From the NCBI GenBank assembly GCA_964035545.1, contig OZ037766.1, positions 868,001 through 932,000 on the forward strand: a stretch of DNA of 64,000 bases, written 5' to 3'. Under the pieces are notes generated by a model that saw nothing but the letters and a program-made list of their open reading frames with translations, was not told the origin of the DNA and searched no databases. The position numbers and the translations under genes were made by a program. Within the stretch, counting starts at the first letter, position 1. Each line of letters begins with the position of its first letter. Shown piece by piece: positions 50,578-64,000 of the stretch. The DNA comes from Bugula neritina. Taxonomy: Eukaryota > Animalia > Bryozoa.

Positions 50578-51780
50578 GTTGATTTAGCTCTCTATGTCAC
50601 CCAGTAAAAACCTCGGCTAACTGAAAAAAAAAGTGGAGTACATTGAGCATTGAAACAATTCTTGATGACTTGTAGTAGAAATATTTAGAAGGTGCTAGAG
50701 AGAACGAGATTGAGGTAAGGTAGCAAACAGCTAGGTATGCTGACTACATTGAAATGATGTCGAGTCAAGCAGCCAAGTTGAAAAGGTCATTTGGTGTTCA
50801 TGATTAAAAAGCTTGGGACCACTGAGTCTTGAGTATATTTAGCTTACAGATATGTGTATCACAAATATTATATTCAGTAACTTAGCAAGGCCATTCAGTA
50901 ATGTATGTATAGCTATTTCCACTGACTATACATACATTACAGCAGTCAATACTTACAATAATTATAAGCCTTAGCCCAAGACATGTATGAATTATAATGT
51001 ATGATTACTATAACTATAAGTATAACTATAAAATTTAAAACCTTAATTTTCACCGGTTCGCTGTTGGAGTGAAAATGTTATTGAATTTACTTATTAATTG
51101 AATAAAACGTATTAAATTTAATGTATTATCAATGATGATGATGATTACATTATAACTGATAATCATTATCATTATTTAAATACATTAAGGGCATAACTAC
51201 AGGATGAGCATACAAGAACTTAAAAACATCAAGAATATCAAATTCAATTGCAATCACAGATCAGTAATAATTATAATAAATATAAATCAGTCAGCCTGAG
51301 TCTTACAACTACACCTACCGTCGTTAAATCGCTTACAGTGATACTAACACTAACAGTAACACTTAGCCTACTGGCTTACAATTAACCTAAACCAGTAAGC
51401 TGTAGTCTGTAACTCACTCTGTGCAAGTGTTACATTGACAATCACAATGAAAATGATTCTTAAAGCAAAACTTAAACTAAAAGAAAATTAAACACATAAA
51501 CTTGAAGCTTACTTTGACTTTAAGTTTAATTCCAACCCCACCAAGCGATTACCAGTAACGCTCTGACTCTCACTCTGAGTCTGAAATTCAGCAATTTTAC
51601 TACTTTCACTTTCAGTTAAACTTTGCTTTTACTTTAGAGTGACTGTCAGACTTAGTGTCAGTGTGAGTGTCACTGAAACTTTTTAGTTCAAGTTTAGCCT
51701 TAGGTTTTGTGAAACTTTCACTTTGTCTAGCCTGGCCCAGGTTAATCAAAATGAAAATGATCAAATTAAATGTTGCTTAC

Positions 51781-52363
51781 CTAATTAATTGAAATATATT
51801 TCCAAACAAAATGAATAATCATCAGTTATGAGTAAACTAGAAGTCGAATCCAATTCAATGTTCATCTTTCATTATTTGTATTTTATAAGATAGAATTATC
51901 ATATTTAACTTTAATATTGCCGTTATCGGTTATAGCTTATCCTCATTTTCTGATACTACTTTCAGTTTATGTTTCGCTACAACGGAAGTTTATGAGTAGT
52001 AGGCGTGGTCATTTTTCTGAGAGGGCAACTCTATTAAGGAGAGAATATTTTTTACGTTCACCTGGAATAGGCTAGGGCCATACGACGCAGATAGCCACAT
52101 CCAATCACATGCCTGCTTGCAGCATACGCATTCAGTCTATTCAGCATCACGGAAATTAATTCGATAGCAGAAGCAGAAAATAAAAGGTTACACATCATTG
52201 GTAGGAAAAGAATAATAGCGCTATCCTGATTGGTTGTCTATCAACTAATTATGCTTTGTTGCGCCATTTTCTTTACCTCGCCATTGTTGAGCTTAAAAAA
52301 TCGGTAGCTTGACGTTTCTGTGTTAATTCTGTGTTATTTCAATCATCTTAACAGTTTTTCACA
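51781..52363. promoter_or_regulatory. Divergent promoter region between RGS (-, putative non-coding first exon with donor at 51780) and ALYREF (+)
   Basis: Head-to-head genes; CGGAAGT ETS motif at 51983, CCAAT boxes at about 52101/52197/52229, YY1-like GCGCCATTTT at 52261. Confidence 0.55.
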
Positions 52364-54412
52364 ATGGACAAGAGCTTGGACGACATTATTGCTGCTGACA
52401 AAAGTAAATTCTCATTGAGAAGAGGTCGTGGAGGTGGTAAAAGAGGAGGCAGTGGTGGTGCCAGGGGTACTCGAGGCGGTGGCCGAGGCGGTAACAGAGG
52501 CCGAGGCACTGTTGGCAACAGAAGTGCTGGTCGTGGTGGAAACAGAGGCTCGCCACGAGGAGGCGTTCAAAAAAGACGATCTAATCCGTACAGCAGGGTA
52601 ATTATTTTAGAAGTAAAATTTTATAAGTTGAAGTTTAAAATTAAAATTTTAGCTTCACTTTTAGTTTTAGTTTTTGAGTTAGATGTTTCATTTTCAATTT
52701 GTTTTGCTTTTAACTTAAACGTTTTTACTTTTAAAACTTTTAACTTGAACTTAACGGTCACCCTAGCCTAAACCATGGGTAACCACATTTAGCAATAGCA
52801 GTAACTATGTTTACAGGCCTAGCTTGAGTTACAACTTCAAGTTGTTGCTTAAATGTTTATTGGTGGTTAACACTAACAGTGCCCTTACTCTGACTATTGT
52901 AGCTCAACTGTTTATTACAACTGAAAAATAAGTACTGATTGTGATAATGATTGGTTTTCACATTTTGAAAGCATTGTGATTGTGATGTTTCCAAAATATA
53001 ATCAAATTTATAATTTATTTGCTTGTAAGTTGCAAGTGATTCTTTTTCATTATCAATAAAATCAAAATGAATATCAAGGTTTGAGTATTTTTTTACGAAC
53101 TTATTTTTCATTGACATCCACAAGTCAAAGTTGTTTGTTTAGTTGTTGTCTGACAGTTGTAGTTGTAATTATAATCATTTTCACAGGGCCCAATTCCAGA
53201 TGTGTGGGCACACGATAAGTTCTCAGACAGTGGTGCAGGCAGAAAGAGTGGCGGAGCTCAAGGCAGCTCTGGAAAACTGCTCATATCCAACCTGGACTTT
53301 GGAGTAAACGATTCAGACATCAACGTGAGTGCTACAGACTGTATAATATTCTGGTAAACCGCGTTGTATATGTAATAAACTCTTCTGTGACGGATGTGTG
53401 TTGTCTACTGTAGGAGCTGTTTGCTGAGTTTGGTCCAATGAAGAAAGCTGCCGTGCACTATGACAAATCTGGCCGCTCTCTAGGCACTGCAGAAGTGCTG
53501 TATGAGCGTAACGCCGACGCTGTCAAGGCTATGAAACAGTACAATGGTGTACCACTTGATGGTGAGAGAGCGAGACGAGTTCAACTCGCAGAGTTGCTAG
53601 CGTGTCTCCCTACTTCCCTCGTGCTCCGTACTTCCTCTTTCCAAGAGTGAAGTGCCGGAAGAGGCGGCCAGTTGTTGCTAGAGCCTGTCTTGAGAAGCTC
53701 TGCCCGCTGTACGTCAACTGCTCCACTCCAGAGGTCGTCTGCTGGCAAGACTTTGCTCTGATGGCTGACGTTGTGTGCTGTTTCCGAGACTGGCTGGACG
53801 TCTCAATATCAGGCCGCTCTCACTCTAGCTCCTCCGTTTAATTCTTAGCACGAAATGTTCTCTTACGATATATCAGTTCGATAGGTGCTCTGCTAAAGGA
53901 AGCTTTTTGTCATTACATTTTATGTTTTATAAAGTTTACTGATGTGCGGAGGGAGTAATCAACCCATGTGCCTGGTTTGACTTTCAGGTAGAGCTATGAA
54001 CATCAACCTCGTCGGTGCAGCTGCAACAGCGGCCTCAGTTCCAGCCAGCCGTAGACTGGGTTCTTCTCCCAGGGGTGGATTCAAGTAAGTACCCCCCCCC
54101 CCTTTGTTCTGCTATTAGTTTGTCCCACTAACAGAGCTATGCAATGCTGACTGTCTTGTATCATTACTCTGCAGGCCAAGTACCGGATTCAGTGGACGCG
54201 GCAGAGGAACCACAGGAAGAGGGCGAGGTAGAGGACGGGGGCGTGGTGGGCGCGGCCCTCCACCCAGTGCTGATGACCTGGACGCTGAACTAGATGCTTA
54301 CAGGAGTAAGGTGTGTGCAGGCATAGTAGCAGTTTCTACTTGATGAATCCATAACTAACTGTTTCTATATCTTACACTTGCTGCTATTCTGTTGTAGATG
54401 GACACATCTTAA
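52364..54412 (+). CDS. ALYREF: THO complex subunit 4 / Aly/REF mRNA export adaptor
   Basis: Exons 52364-52597, 53187-53324, 53414-53561, 53988-54084, 54175-54310, 54398-54412. N-box [12 protein letters not shown] regions, WxHD motif (WAHD), [52 protein letters not shown]-box [11 protein letters not shown]. Confidence 0.97.
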
Positions 54413-55024
54413 AGCTGAAGACGTTCTAAAAATTCACAGAATTAGACAAGATTCATAGCAACTTGCAAAGTGTTGAGATGGAACAAATTTTTAGTAACTG
54501 TGTCTATTTCTATGGTGTAAATATAAAAAAGTAACATTTCACAAGATTGTATATATTTCAAGAAATTTTTATCTACTGCTAATAAACATGTACCAACAAA
54601 CTTTAAATATATTTTTTTGAATAAATTATTCAACCTTTGATTTATGTTAAGATATATTGTGGCTCATGGATCATTAATTCTGCTTAATTTGCTATTTAAT
54701 AATGAGAGTATAATATAATAGTCGGCCAAGAAGTTGTTGAGGGATGCATAATTCCTATTAATTTTATGAGTTATCCGTTGGGCTAAATGCAAGAATAGTA
54801 TCAAATTATGAGTTGTCTTCTCAAGATTACTGTCGGCCGGTTAGGTTGCTTTACAGACGAGTCCGCTCTTTGGGCAAAATTCTTATGGCTTGAGCCGTGT
54901 CAAGGCCAATAACCGGACGCTAATATAGCTCGATTGTAGGCAGCTTGCTAGTTCTCAAGTTGAACATTATCTTGGTGACTGGAAGTAGAGTAACTCAACT
55001 TGTCTTTGTGTGCTCTCATTGAAT

Positions 55025-57899
55025 ATGTCCTCATATCACCAGGACATGCCCCCGAAAGGGGGTTATGCTCCTTTTGAATATGCCAAACAGTATAAACCGC
55101 GTTGGATTAAAGGTAGGCTTAAGACAGTAAGAGTTTACTGTTTAGGGTTAAGCTAGTAGTACTAGTAGTAGACACTAGTACTAGTAGTAGTACTAGTAGT
55201 AGCACTGCTGTACATTACTAGTAATAGTAGTAGTACTAATAGTAATAGTACCGGTACTAGTAGTATTACTAGTGTAACTAGTCTAGTAGACGTAGTACTA
55301 GTAGTAGTAGGTGCTGTTAGCAGAGTGTTCTAATTTTTACGAGGTGAGTTACTACTACAGGCTGAGTACAGGTACTACGTCTACTACTACCACTATCATA
55401 ACCACTACTACTACTACTACTAGTAGTAGTAGTACTGCTACTACTAGTAGTTTAGGTTACAAGTTCAACAATGATTTAAATCATTCTGTTTCAGTCTGTG
55501 GTTGCCAAGCTCTCATTCTGTTCTGCCAGTGTCGGTGTGATATTAATTGTAAATGCTAGATTTTTTCACAATGTGAATGTAAATTTTTGATTGAAGATGA
55601 ATGTGCCTGGCCCTGTGACTGTCACCGTAAGTGAGAGTGTGGGTATCACTGTTAGCATGGGACAAATGGGCTTAAAATCAAAATGAACATGTCCGATGAG
55701 TTATAGGCTACTTATGTTATAGTTTTTTACTTTTACTTTATCAGTTTTAGTGTGAGGCTAAATGTAAAAGGAAGTGCTCATTGGTTATATATGGTGTAAA
55801 AATGTGAGATGATTCAAACTCTCAATGCTTAGAATGATTCTAAATATTTTTCTTTGACTTAGATTGTAACTTTGATCCATTCTCAGAGCTTTTCTGGCAG
55901 TTCTTCTTTTCTAGTTGGCGTCACTACGAGTACGTGAGCAGTTTTCAGTAGCAGTCAAAGTCATGTTAATACTATGACTCTTTATAGTGCACTTTTACTC
56001 GTTGGCATCGAACTCTCTCCATTACACTTGATGTTTGTTTAAGTGAATAAACTTTTAAGCACATTTATTGTCAGTGGTGTTCCTAATCAGAGTTAGAATA
56101 TTAGCAGCCTCAAGTGAGTGAGTGAACTTCCCTTCTTTTCTGATGAGCAATTACTAATTTTTATGACTTCTGTCCCAATTATGTAGCACATTCATCAAAC
56201 TAAAACTTGTAATTAGAGTGATCGTCATCATACCTCACTATCTAAACTTCTTTCCTTGGCACACTCTTTTATAATCCACGTGATAGTTAGACATAACTCT
56301 GTAGTAGCTATGGTGGGCAAATTTTAAAACTTATTATTATAATGTTCATAAAATTTTGAATTTTTTTTACGATGATCGTTAAATTCATACAGGTCTCTCA
56401 TTAGTCAATTCATCATGATTTTGAGTCATTTTGTGATGAAGCAGTTTGTACATGCTTGAGTTTTATTTGCAGGTAAATGGGTGTTTTTGGGGTTTGCTGT
56501 ATACACAACAATCGGGCTACAGCTGCAAAAAAGATACTTCTACAACTATGTTACGTGAGTTTACACTATCTAACATCTTTTATACATCACTTAGTGTATA
56601 GTGATAATGAGATAGTATAGTGATACTGAGATAGTATAGTGATACTGTATAGTATATAGTGATACTGAGATAGTATAGTGATACTGAGATAGTATAGTGA
56701 TACTGAGATAGTATAGTGATACTGAGATAGTATAGTGATACTGAGATAGTATAGTGATACTGAGATAGTATAGTGATACTGAGATAGTATAGTGATACTG
56801 AGATAGTACAGTGATACTGTATAGTATAGTGATACTGTATAGTATAGTGATACTGAGATAGTATAGTGATACTGAGATAGTATAGTGATACTGAGATAGT
56901 ATAGTGATACTGTATAGTATAGTGATACTGAGATAGTATAGTGATACTGTATAGTATATAGTGATACTGAGATAGTATAGTGATACTGTATAGTATAGTG
57001 ATACTGTATAGTATAGTGATACTGTATAGTATAGTGATACTGAGATAGTATAGTGATACTGTATAGTATATAGTGATACTGAGATAGTATAGTGATACTG
57101 TATAGTATAGTGATACTGTATAGTATAGTGATACTGAGATAGTATAGTGATACTGAGATAGTATAGTGATACTGTATAGTATATAGTGATACTGAGATAG
57201 TATAGTGATACTGAGATAGTATAGTGATACTGAGATAGTATAGTGTTACTGTATAGTATAGTGATACTGAGATAGTATAGTGATACTGAGATAGTATAGT
57301 GATACTGTATAGTATAGTGATACTGTATAGTATAGTGATACTGAGATAGTATAGTGATACTGAGATAGTATAGTGATACTGTATAATATAGTCAATAGTG
57401 ATACTTGTACCCATTGACTTCTATATTTTTACTCCTTTGTGGTTTCAGTCTGCCAGAGTTGGAAAATAGAGAAGCTAATATAGCCCTAGAACCACTACTT
57501 ATGGCTGAGAATAACAGGCTGTAAGTCAACTCATATCTATAGTTTTTGCGTGGATTTTTAGCCACTCAACACTTTAGTGTATAAAATTTTATAGATTTGG
57601 AGTTGTGTTCTTCTTAATATTTGCTGTCGAATTTTCTTGTTGATTGCTTTACAAGCTCTTATATGATTTTATTTGAAAAATTGAAATATTCTAGATTTCT
57701 AAAGCAACTAGTGAAGAACAGAGAGGATGAAAAGAAGGTCATGAAGAACGTGCCAGGGTGGGTGCCGGGAACCTTCTATGGGGAGCCTGTGTTCCACCAG
57801 AAAGGGGTCTACGTGAAGCCTTCTAGGGAAGAGTACTACGCTCACACCGACTATGACAAGGGCTACTACAGACACCTCATGGAGCGCCACTATCACTAA
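55025..57899 (+). CDS. NDUFA13: NADH dehydrogenase 1 alpha subcomplex subunit 13 (GRIM-19)
   Basis: Exons 55025-55112, 56473-56554, 57449-57520, 57695-57899; QDMPPKGGYAP, TM helix, IALEPLLMAE, NREDEKKVMKNVPGWVPG. Confidence 0.95.
55152..55451. repeat. (TAG)/(ACT) low-complexity tract in NDUFA13 intron 1
   Basis: Alternating TAG and CTA runs. Confidence 0.8.
56595..57385. repeat. 18/19/20-nt variant minisatellite, about 42 copies
   Basis: GTGATACTGAGATAGTATA interspersed with GTGATACTGTATAGTATA(TA). Confidence 0.97.
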
Positions 57900-58908
57900 C
57901 TCTACTCTTCTTGTAGGCAGGAGATACGACCTTGTGGATTGTTTTGGTTTTCTTGTTTTCTATGATAAGATGTATTTCACATAATAACGGAATTTATCCA
58001 TCTATGTAACATTTACAGAATTTTCAGATTTACAAATGTAAAAGGATTGTTTGAGAGTTGTCTTATTTATGTGAATGTTTTTAAAGAGAATACAAGTATT
58101 GTATTAAGGTAGTGCAGTCACTGAAATATAACTATAATATTGTATTAAAGCTTGGATTTTTTACTCATTGGTTGCATATGTTCTTCCCAACATATAATTC
58201 ACTTATGAGACAGAAATATAAGACATGATTAGAAAAGGGCGCTACAATCTACACCATAACTGTGAGTGCCAAAGTACTCAACACTGTACACAGCGTATCT
58301 CATCATTGAGAGATGTGCTATATTTCGTAGAAGTTTCTGCTAACTAAAACATTTCTTGTATGCTTCAAACATAAAAATATATTTCTACAGAGTTCTTGAG
58401 ATTTCTATAATACACAGGGTAGTAGGCTTTGTACATCATGCTCTTTCTGTGTCTGCGTGTTCTGATATAAAAATTACTAGTTATTTAAATTATTCAATTT
58501 TGCAAAATACTACAAAGTTCTAGTAATCTACCAAGTGAGTTAGTCATTTCGTGATATAAACGTGAGGTGGTGATGCTTCGAGAAAAAAAGTAAATTAACT
58601 TGATAATGCAAGCGTAATCCAATTGAATTTTTAGACTTACTAGAAAATAAATAAAAATATAATTCTACAATAGAATTAAAATAATTTAACAGCACCACTT
58701 ATTTTATTAAATAAAAGAGAAATGTGAAGTTAGTATTTGGGAGTTATCTGCTCGAATAATAGAAACCCTATAAAAATTCCAGATACGTATGAAGTGCAAT
58801 GCAACTGCTGCCTCTACGGTATTCAGCTGTCAACTCTGATGGTTTCAACAAGTTCTGTACATTCTCAATGCTCAGCTTCTGACGTCACAACACAGGAAGT
58901 TATGTTAT

Positions 58909-59022
58909 GTTGATGTGTTGATAGTGTAGTACGTTGATGTGTTGATAGTGTAGTACGTTGATGTGTTGATAGTGTAGTACGTTGATGTGTTGAAAGTGTA
59001 GTACGTTGATGTGTTGAAAGTG
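58909..59022. repeat. 24-nt tandem repeat, about 4.5 copies
   Basis: GTTGATGTGTTGATAGTGTAGTAC. Confidence 0.9.
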
Positions 59023-61466
59023 AGTAGTTAATAATCAAATGTGATAGAGTTCAAATGTGTTGAAGAAGGATGTAAACCTTGACTCATCAGTAACCTGCAA
59101 ATAAGAATAGAATTGTTATTAAAAGAAAAATATAGTATAAGATGAAGTTTTATGTTGATGTGTTAACCAGATAGATGTATACCAAATAGTATATCTTTGT
59201 CAGCAATATCAAGGTAGTTGCAGTAATGGAGAAAGTAAGAAAAGCCTATGGTCTAGATTCGAAATGTAGCAAAATTTATGTTCTCACAAAAATATCAATC
59301 CGCACCCCCAACCAAAATTTAATAAGGAATTAAAGAGCTTAGGCTATCTCAATTCTTCCACCACTGCTCCTAAATGCATGGTGAAACATAACCATAAGTA
59401 AATAACTGTTTATCAATTAGTTTTAGCTCATAAACTTCCTTTGAGAAAGGATTTACGGGTAAATAAGAAGAAATCTGTATGTAACAGCGTAGATGTGTCA
59501 CATCAGCTTTTTTGCTTTCTCAATGTGAAAAGTACTAGATAGTATGAAAATTCATCAACTTGACAACATGTGATCAGTCTACATAGCCTAAGTCTCAGCC
59601 TGCTTATAACCTAAGTCCTATAGTCTGCATAGCCTGAATACATAGCCCAAGCACCAGTCTGCATAGCCTATGAGGTAACTGTTAGCCATTATTGAACACA
59701 ACAAGTACTAAAATGTTTATAAGCTATAAACATTTATGGTGTTCATATTGTTCAATAGAATACATAAAGTATATACAACTGTATAGTATAATATATTCTA
59801 TGCATATACTATAACTGTATTATATCTCAACCAGATGGGCTGTATGGCTGTTATACAATAAATTCTTCTCATGCAGTAATTTGTGTTCTATGCATTAATA
59901 GATAACATTGCAAAGTGCATTGCATATCAAAGATACAAGTTTGTTTACAAACACTTGACTGTATTTACACGTTACTTGTTTTCTCTTCTCCTCCACACTA
60001 CAGGCTCTTCAACAACAACTATAATATTATAATTATTATTTCTCTTGCATATAAACGCATAGAGTAATTACTTTAAACCTAGTAATACAGTTCATATGAA
60101 TATCATTACCTTATCATAGTGAATTGGCAGGTGTATAACAATATTACATCTGCTCCTTAAAAATACGTTTTTTAGTCTCAAAAACTAACTTGTAAAAATT
60201 TGGTCCTCTTGTCATGTTTGTTAAACTTTGCATCATTTTCTTTATTCAACACAGTGAAGTTGTTACACAGCATGCAAAGGCAGCAGTATTCATTATTACT
60301 GCAACTTAAAGATTTCATGATGTTTTGCACTTCACGGATTCATTCAGCACGAAGATATGTACACCAAATTCCATGACATATAAGGAGGGTAAATTTCTCT
60401 GTTAATGAATGCCTTGTTTCTCTACATGACCAAGATATAATATTTATACACCATACATGACGTACTGGTTAGAATTGTTGGCTATCTAACTTTCTAATGG
60501 TGTAAAACAGTGTAAGGTAGCTGAGCATCTGCAGATTTACCTGCAAAACTACCTGTGAATTACCTGCAGAAACTACCTGGATGCATTACTTCAACTATAA
60601 GCCTCAAAGCTAGAATATAAATAAGGAAATCATGCATGGCTATACACACACCTCAGGTGCTACCCTATATACTGTGCGAGGGTGGGGGTGGGAGGTGTTA
60701 CCCTATATACTGTGCGAGGGTGGGGTGGGAGGTGTATTTGGTACTTTTCCAATAGCTATTAGCTCTTCTAAGCCTTCATGATTACACTTTGCAAAAACAT
60801 TTAGTTTAGCTCATAATCAGCCCTTCAGCTAGTAAACATGCACTATATATTCAATAAGCTGCTAGTATAGACTATTATATTATACAACATGTTAACTTAT
60901 ACATTCATAGGTTTATATTCACGTTGATTATCTCAAACATTTCTAACAATTATTCAAAATCAACTAATAGTCCTAATATTACTCACTATATTGTAAATAA
61001 TAATTATGTTTTTAAGATATGACTGGCAAACTAAAATCTCGTAATGGAGTATTAGAATAAATTGCCTAATATTTGCAGTACTTCAAATTTGTTCATATTG
61101 TTGTTACAGTAACATATTGAATAGACACTAGAGTTGTCAGTAGAACGATCAAGTTCACACAAGAATGATGAGAGGTCAATAAATAGTCCAGTAAAAGCCT
61201 TGCGTACATCACAGGTAGACCGAGTTTATGTGTGCAGTGATTAGGCATTAGCTAACAAAAGGGGACAACTCTATACCCTATGAGCTGATCAATAATTTCC
61301 AAGTATGTGTGGTGATACTACATAAGTGCAAAACAAGCACTTCTACAGCGACATTACACAGTCTAGAGTAGGCAAAGCAAGTATCTCTCCAGTTGTACTG
61401 TATGAAGCAGAAAACTTCTTCTACTCATGAAAGCCTAACAGCATCATCTGTCTTCACCACAACTCT

Positions 61467-61629
61467 CACCTTAACATCCCACCTTAATATCTCACCTTAA
61501 TATCCCACCTTAATATCCCACCTTAATATCCCACCTTAATATTCCACCTTAAAATCCCACCTTAATATCCCACCTTAATATCTCACCTTAATATCCCACC
61601 TTAATATCCCACCTTAATATCCCACCTTA
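61467..61629. repeat. 13-nt tandem repeat, about 12 copies
   Basis: CCACCTTAATATC units, downstream of the Kv1 stop. Confidence 0.92.
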
Positions 61630-62416
61630 TACAATAACTCTCACCTTATACACATCTATGAAATGTAGTAACTTCCATAATAACATACTAGATATACCTC
61701 AAGCCATTCTAATCATGGATAGTAACATGGCTGGCTAATTGCAAAGTCAGATGGGAAACTGATGGGGAAAAATGTGGACAGATATAAAACGTTCAATAAT
61801 ATAGATGAATACCTTGTATCTCTATACAGCTATTCAATATAATATCTTTTTTAAATTAAGAGAAACGAAGATTTTAAATGTAAGAAAGCTGAAAGGTTGT
61901 GAATAAAAAAACAGAAAACAAATATTCACATGTCAACGCTTGTGGATGGCAAAACATACAGGCCACCATTTATCTACCCACCAACTGTATGTCTTCTAGA
62001 TGTTAAAGTACAGCAATATGGGCGTATATATTTAAGCACGTACCTTTAAAGCTGTTTGTAAGAATAAATCCAAAGTTACAGCCTCTTCTGGGTGAACATT
62101 AGCCGCACACCCATTAGATGGGAGTCTGGGACAGAGTTAACACGCTGGTTACTTCGCTAATTAGTCTGTAACTGGTTACTTCTAACTCTTTACTTGTAAT
62201 TACGTCCTTCGTCTGTGCAGATTAATCAATGTATTGACGTCAGAAAGAGCCATTTCCCTAATACAATGAGTAGTTGGCGTGTGACAGCGAGCCTTTCTAA
62301 CTATTGCTGCCGCTGGCCGCAGAGTCAGCCAACCAGCAGAGTGCTATTAACATCTAACATGTCCATTTCTGCAGAAGTGAAATTATTTACAAACTTAAAA
62401 TAAAGTAATACTAAAT

Positions 62417-63953
62417 TTACACGTCAGTTTCGAGGCTATTAGTGGATGAGCGGTGATTCGTGCCTACGTGGTTCTGCATAGAATTATTTTTATTGACAAT
62501 ATTTGAATAAGTTTGTAGGTTGGCTGTCAGAGGCACCCTTTCACAGTTGAGTTCTTCTAGATTTGAGGCTATTGATAGTGTTGAGCTGGTCTTTTGGCCA
62601 AGTGAAGGCTTGACGCTAGGGCAAGTCTCTACGTGTTGCTGGTTGCTGCTCTTATCATCGCTCTCTGACTCTCTGTGGTAGAAGTAATTAAAGTTAGAGA
62701 CTATCACAGGTACGGGCAGAGCAATCATAAGCACCCCGGTTATGGCGCACAATGAACCAACCAGTTTGCCAGCTGTAGTCGTGGGCCGCATGTCACCGTA
62801 CCCAACCGTGGTCATCGTTACAACGGCCCACCAGAATGCACCGGGAATGCTTTTAAAGAACGTCTGGTCGTCATCAGCCTCAGCAAAGTAAACGGCACTG
62901 GAGAAGAGCACCACTCCTATGACCAGGAAGAATATAAGCAGAGCCAGCTCTCTCAAACTGGCCTTCAACGTCTGGCCCAAAATCTGTAGGCCTTTAGAGT
63001 GTCTGGATAATTTGAATATTCTAAACACACGGACGAGTCTAATAACTCTGAGTATGGCCAGCGACATGGCCTGATTACCACTTGGAGCGTCGTCACTGGC
63101 TGCTGCTGCTGCCACCACAGGCTCTCCTGGTGCTGCCTTCTGCTCGTCAGCTATGACTGTACCCAGTGTAATGAAGTATGGCACAATAGCCATAATGTCT
63201 ATTAGGTTCATAAAGTTCTTGAAGAAAGCTAGCTTGTCTGGGCTGGAGGCAAACCGCACCAACAACTCTGACGTAAACCATATAATACAGGCGGTTTCAA
63301 TAATAAAAAAGGGTTCTGTAAACTTAGGAACGTCATCTTCTACTATAGACTCAATAATTTCACTTCTGTTGCCTAAAATTGTGGATACATTTTCCACTTT
63401 GTAGTGTTTGAACTGCGGGAGAGTCTCCAGACAGAAAGTTACTATAGATAAAAGAATAATGACTACTGATAGTATTGCTATTATTTTGGCTGGCATAGAA
63501 GATTCCGGGTATTCAAACAGCAGCCATACTGCCCGCTGAAACTTATTTGTAGGTAATTCTTGTTCTTCCTCTTTTATGAAACCTTCGTCTTCCCGGAACT
63601 TGTCTATCGTTTCCTGGCCAAGGTCATAAAACTTTATTTCTTCTGAGAAAACATCTAGCGGAACATTGACGGGACGGCGCAACCTGCCCCCGCTCTGATA
63701 ATAGTACAAAATTGCATCAAAACTAGGTCTATTTCTGTCAAAAAAGTATTCGTTTCTCAACGGATCAAAGTACCTATTTCGTTTGACAGCGTTACCAAGA
63801 AGAGAATCGGGGAACTGGTTTAGAGTCTTGAGTTGGGTCTCATATCTCATACCGCTCACATTGATAATGACTCGCTCCTGGCACTCGTATATGTTGCCTG
63901 TGCCTGTATCGAGTTCCGTGTGCACTTCATCTGGGACTCGAGAGGCAAAGTTC
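62417..63953 (-). CDS. Sh: Shaker/Kv1 voltage-gated potassium channel; large terminal exon (N-terminal exon(s) beyond the window)
   Basis: Acceptor TTTGTAG at 63954, then one open exon: T1 domain [35 protein letters not shown]4 [23 protein letters not shown], pore TVGYGD, S6 PVP, C-terminal ETDV PDZ ligand. Confidence 0.97.
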
Positions 63954-64000
63954 CTACAAAAGTATTACATTATTAGTCAACATCCTTTAGGGTCAAGCAC

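Noticed and set aside
53602-53841. 79-aa Cys-containing ORF in ALYREF intron 3
   Set aside because: GTG start, no recognisable domain; better explained by the intron's high GC content
56587-57414. 275-aa repetitive ORF on the minus strand
   Set aside because: Artefact of the 18-20-nt minisatellite in NDUFA13 intron 2

Overview
AT-rich, intron-rich animal genomic DNA, most likely from a lophotrochozoan/spiralian invertebrate (inferred from a protostome-type RAR plus a Shaker channel). Exons were traced by hand using GT-AG sites and reading phase. Eight genes in order: (1) the 3' part of a FACIT/collagen IX-like gene (+, TSPN...COL-NC2-COL1-NC1); (2) a small unrecognised 4-exon membrane-protein gene (-); (3) retinoic acid receptor RAR (+); (4) CKS1/2 (+, missed by the ORF track); (5) a divergent R7-family RGS (DEP-DHEX-GGL-RGS, -), sharing a divergent promoter with (6) ALYREF/THOC4 (+); (7) NDUFA13/GRIM-19 (+); (8) the single large coding exon of a Shaker/Kv1 channel (-). 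Many intronic minisatellites explain the long low-complexity ORFs. The most notable observations are: a hidden signal-peptide-bearing alternative first exon inside the collagen gene, in frame with the Gly-X-Y exons; a 1-nt phase conflict in the RGS gene that an 8-nt microexon would repair, plus other candidate microexons; a GC-rich structured intron in ALYREF that may pair with its own 5' splice site; a perfect DR5 element 10 kb from RAR; a RAR ligand pocket with unusual substitutions; and a 114-bp palindrome in CKS intron 1. All homology calls come from motif recognition; no searches were run.
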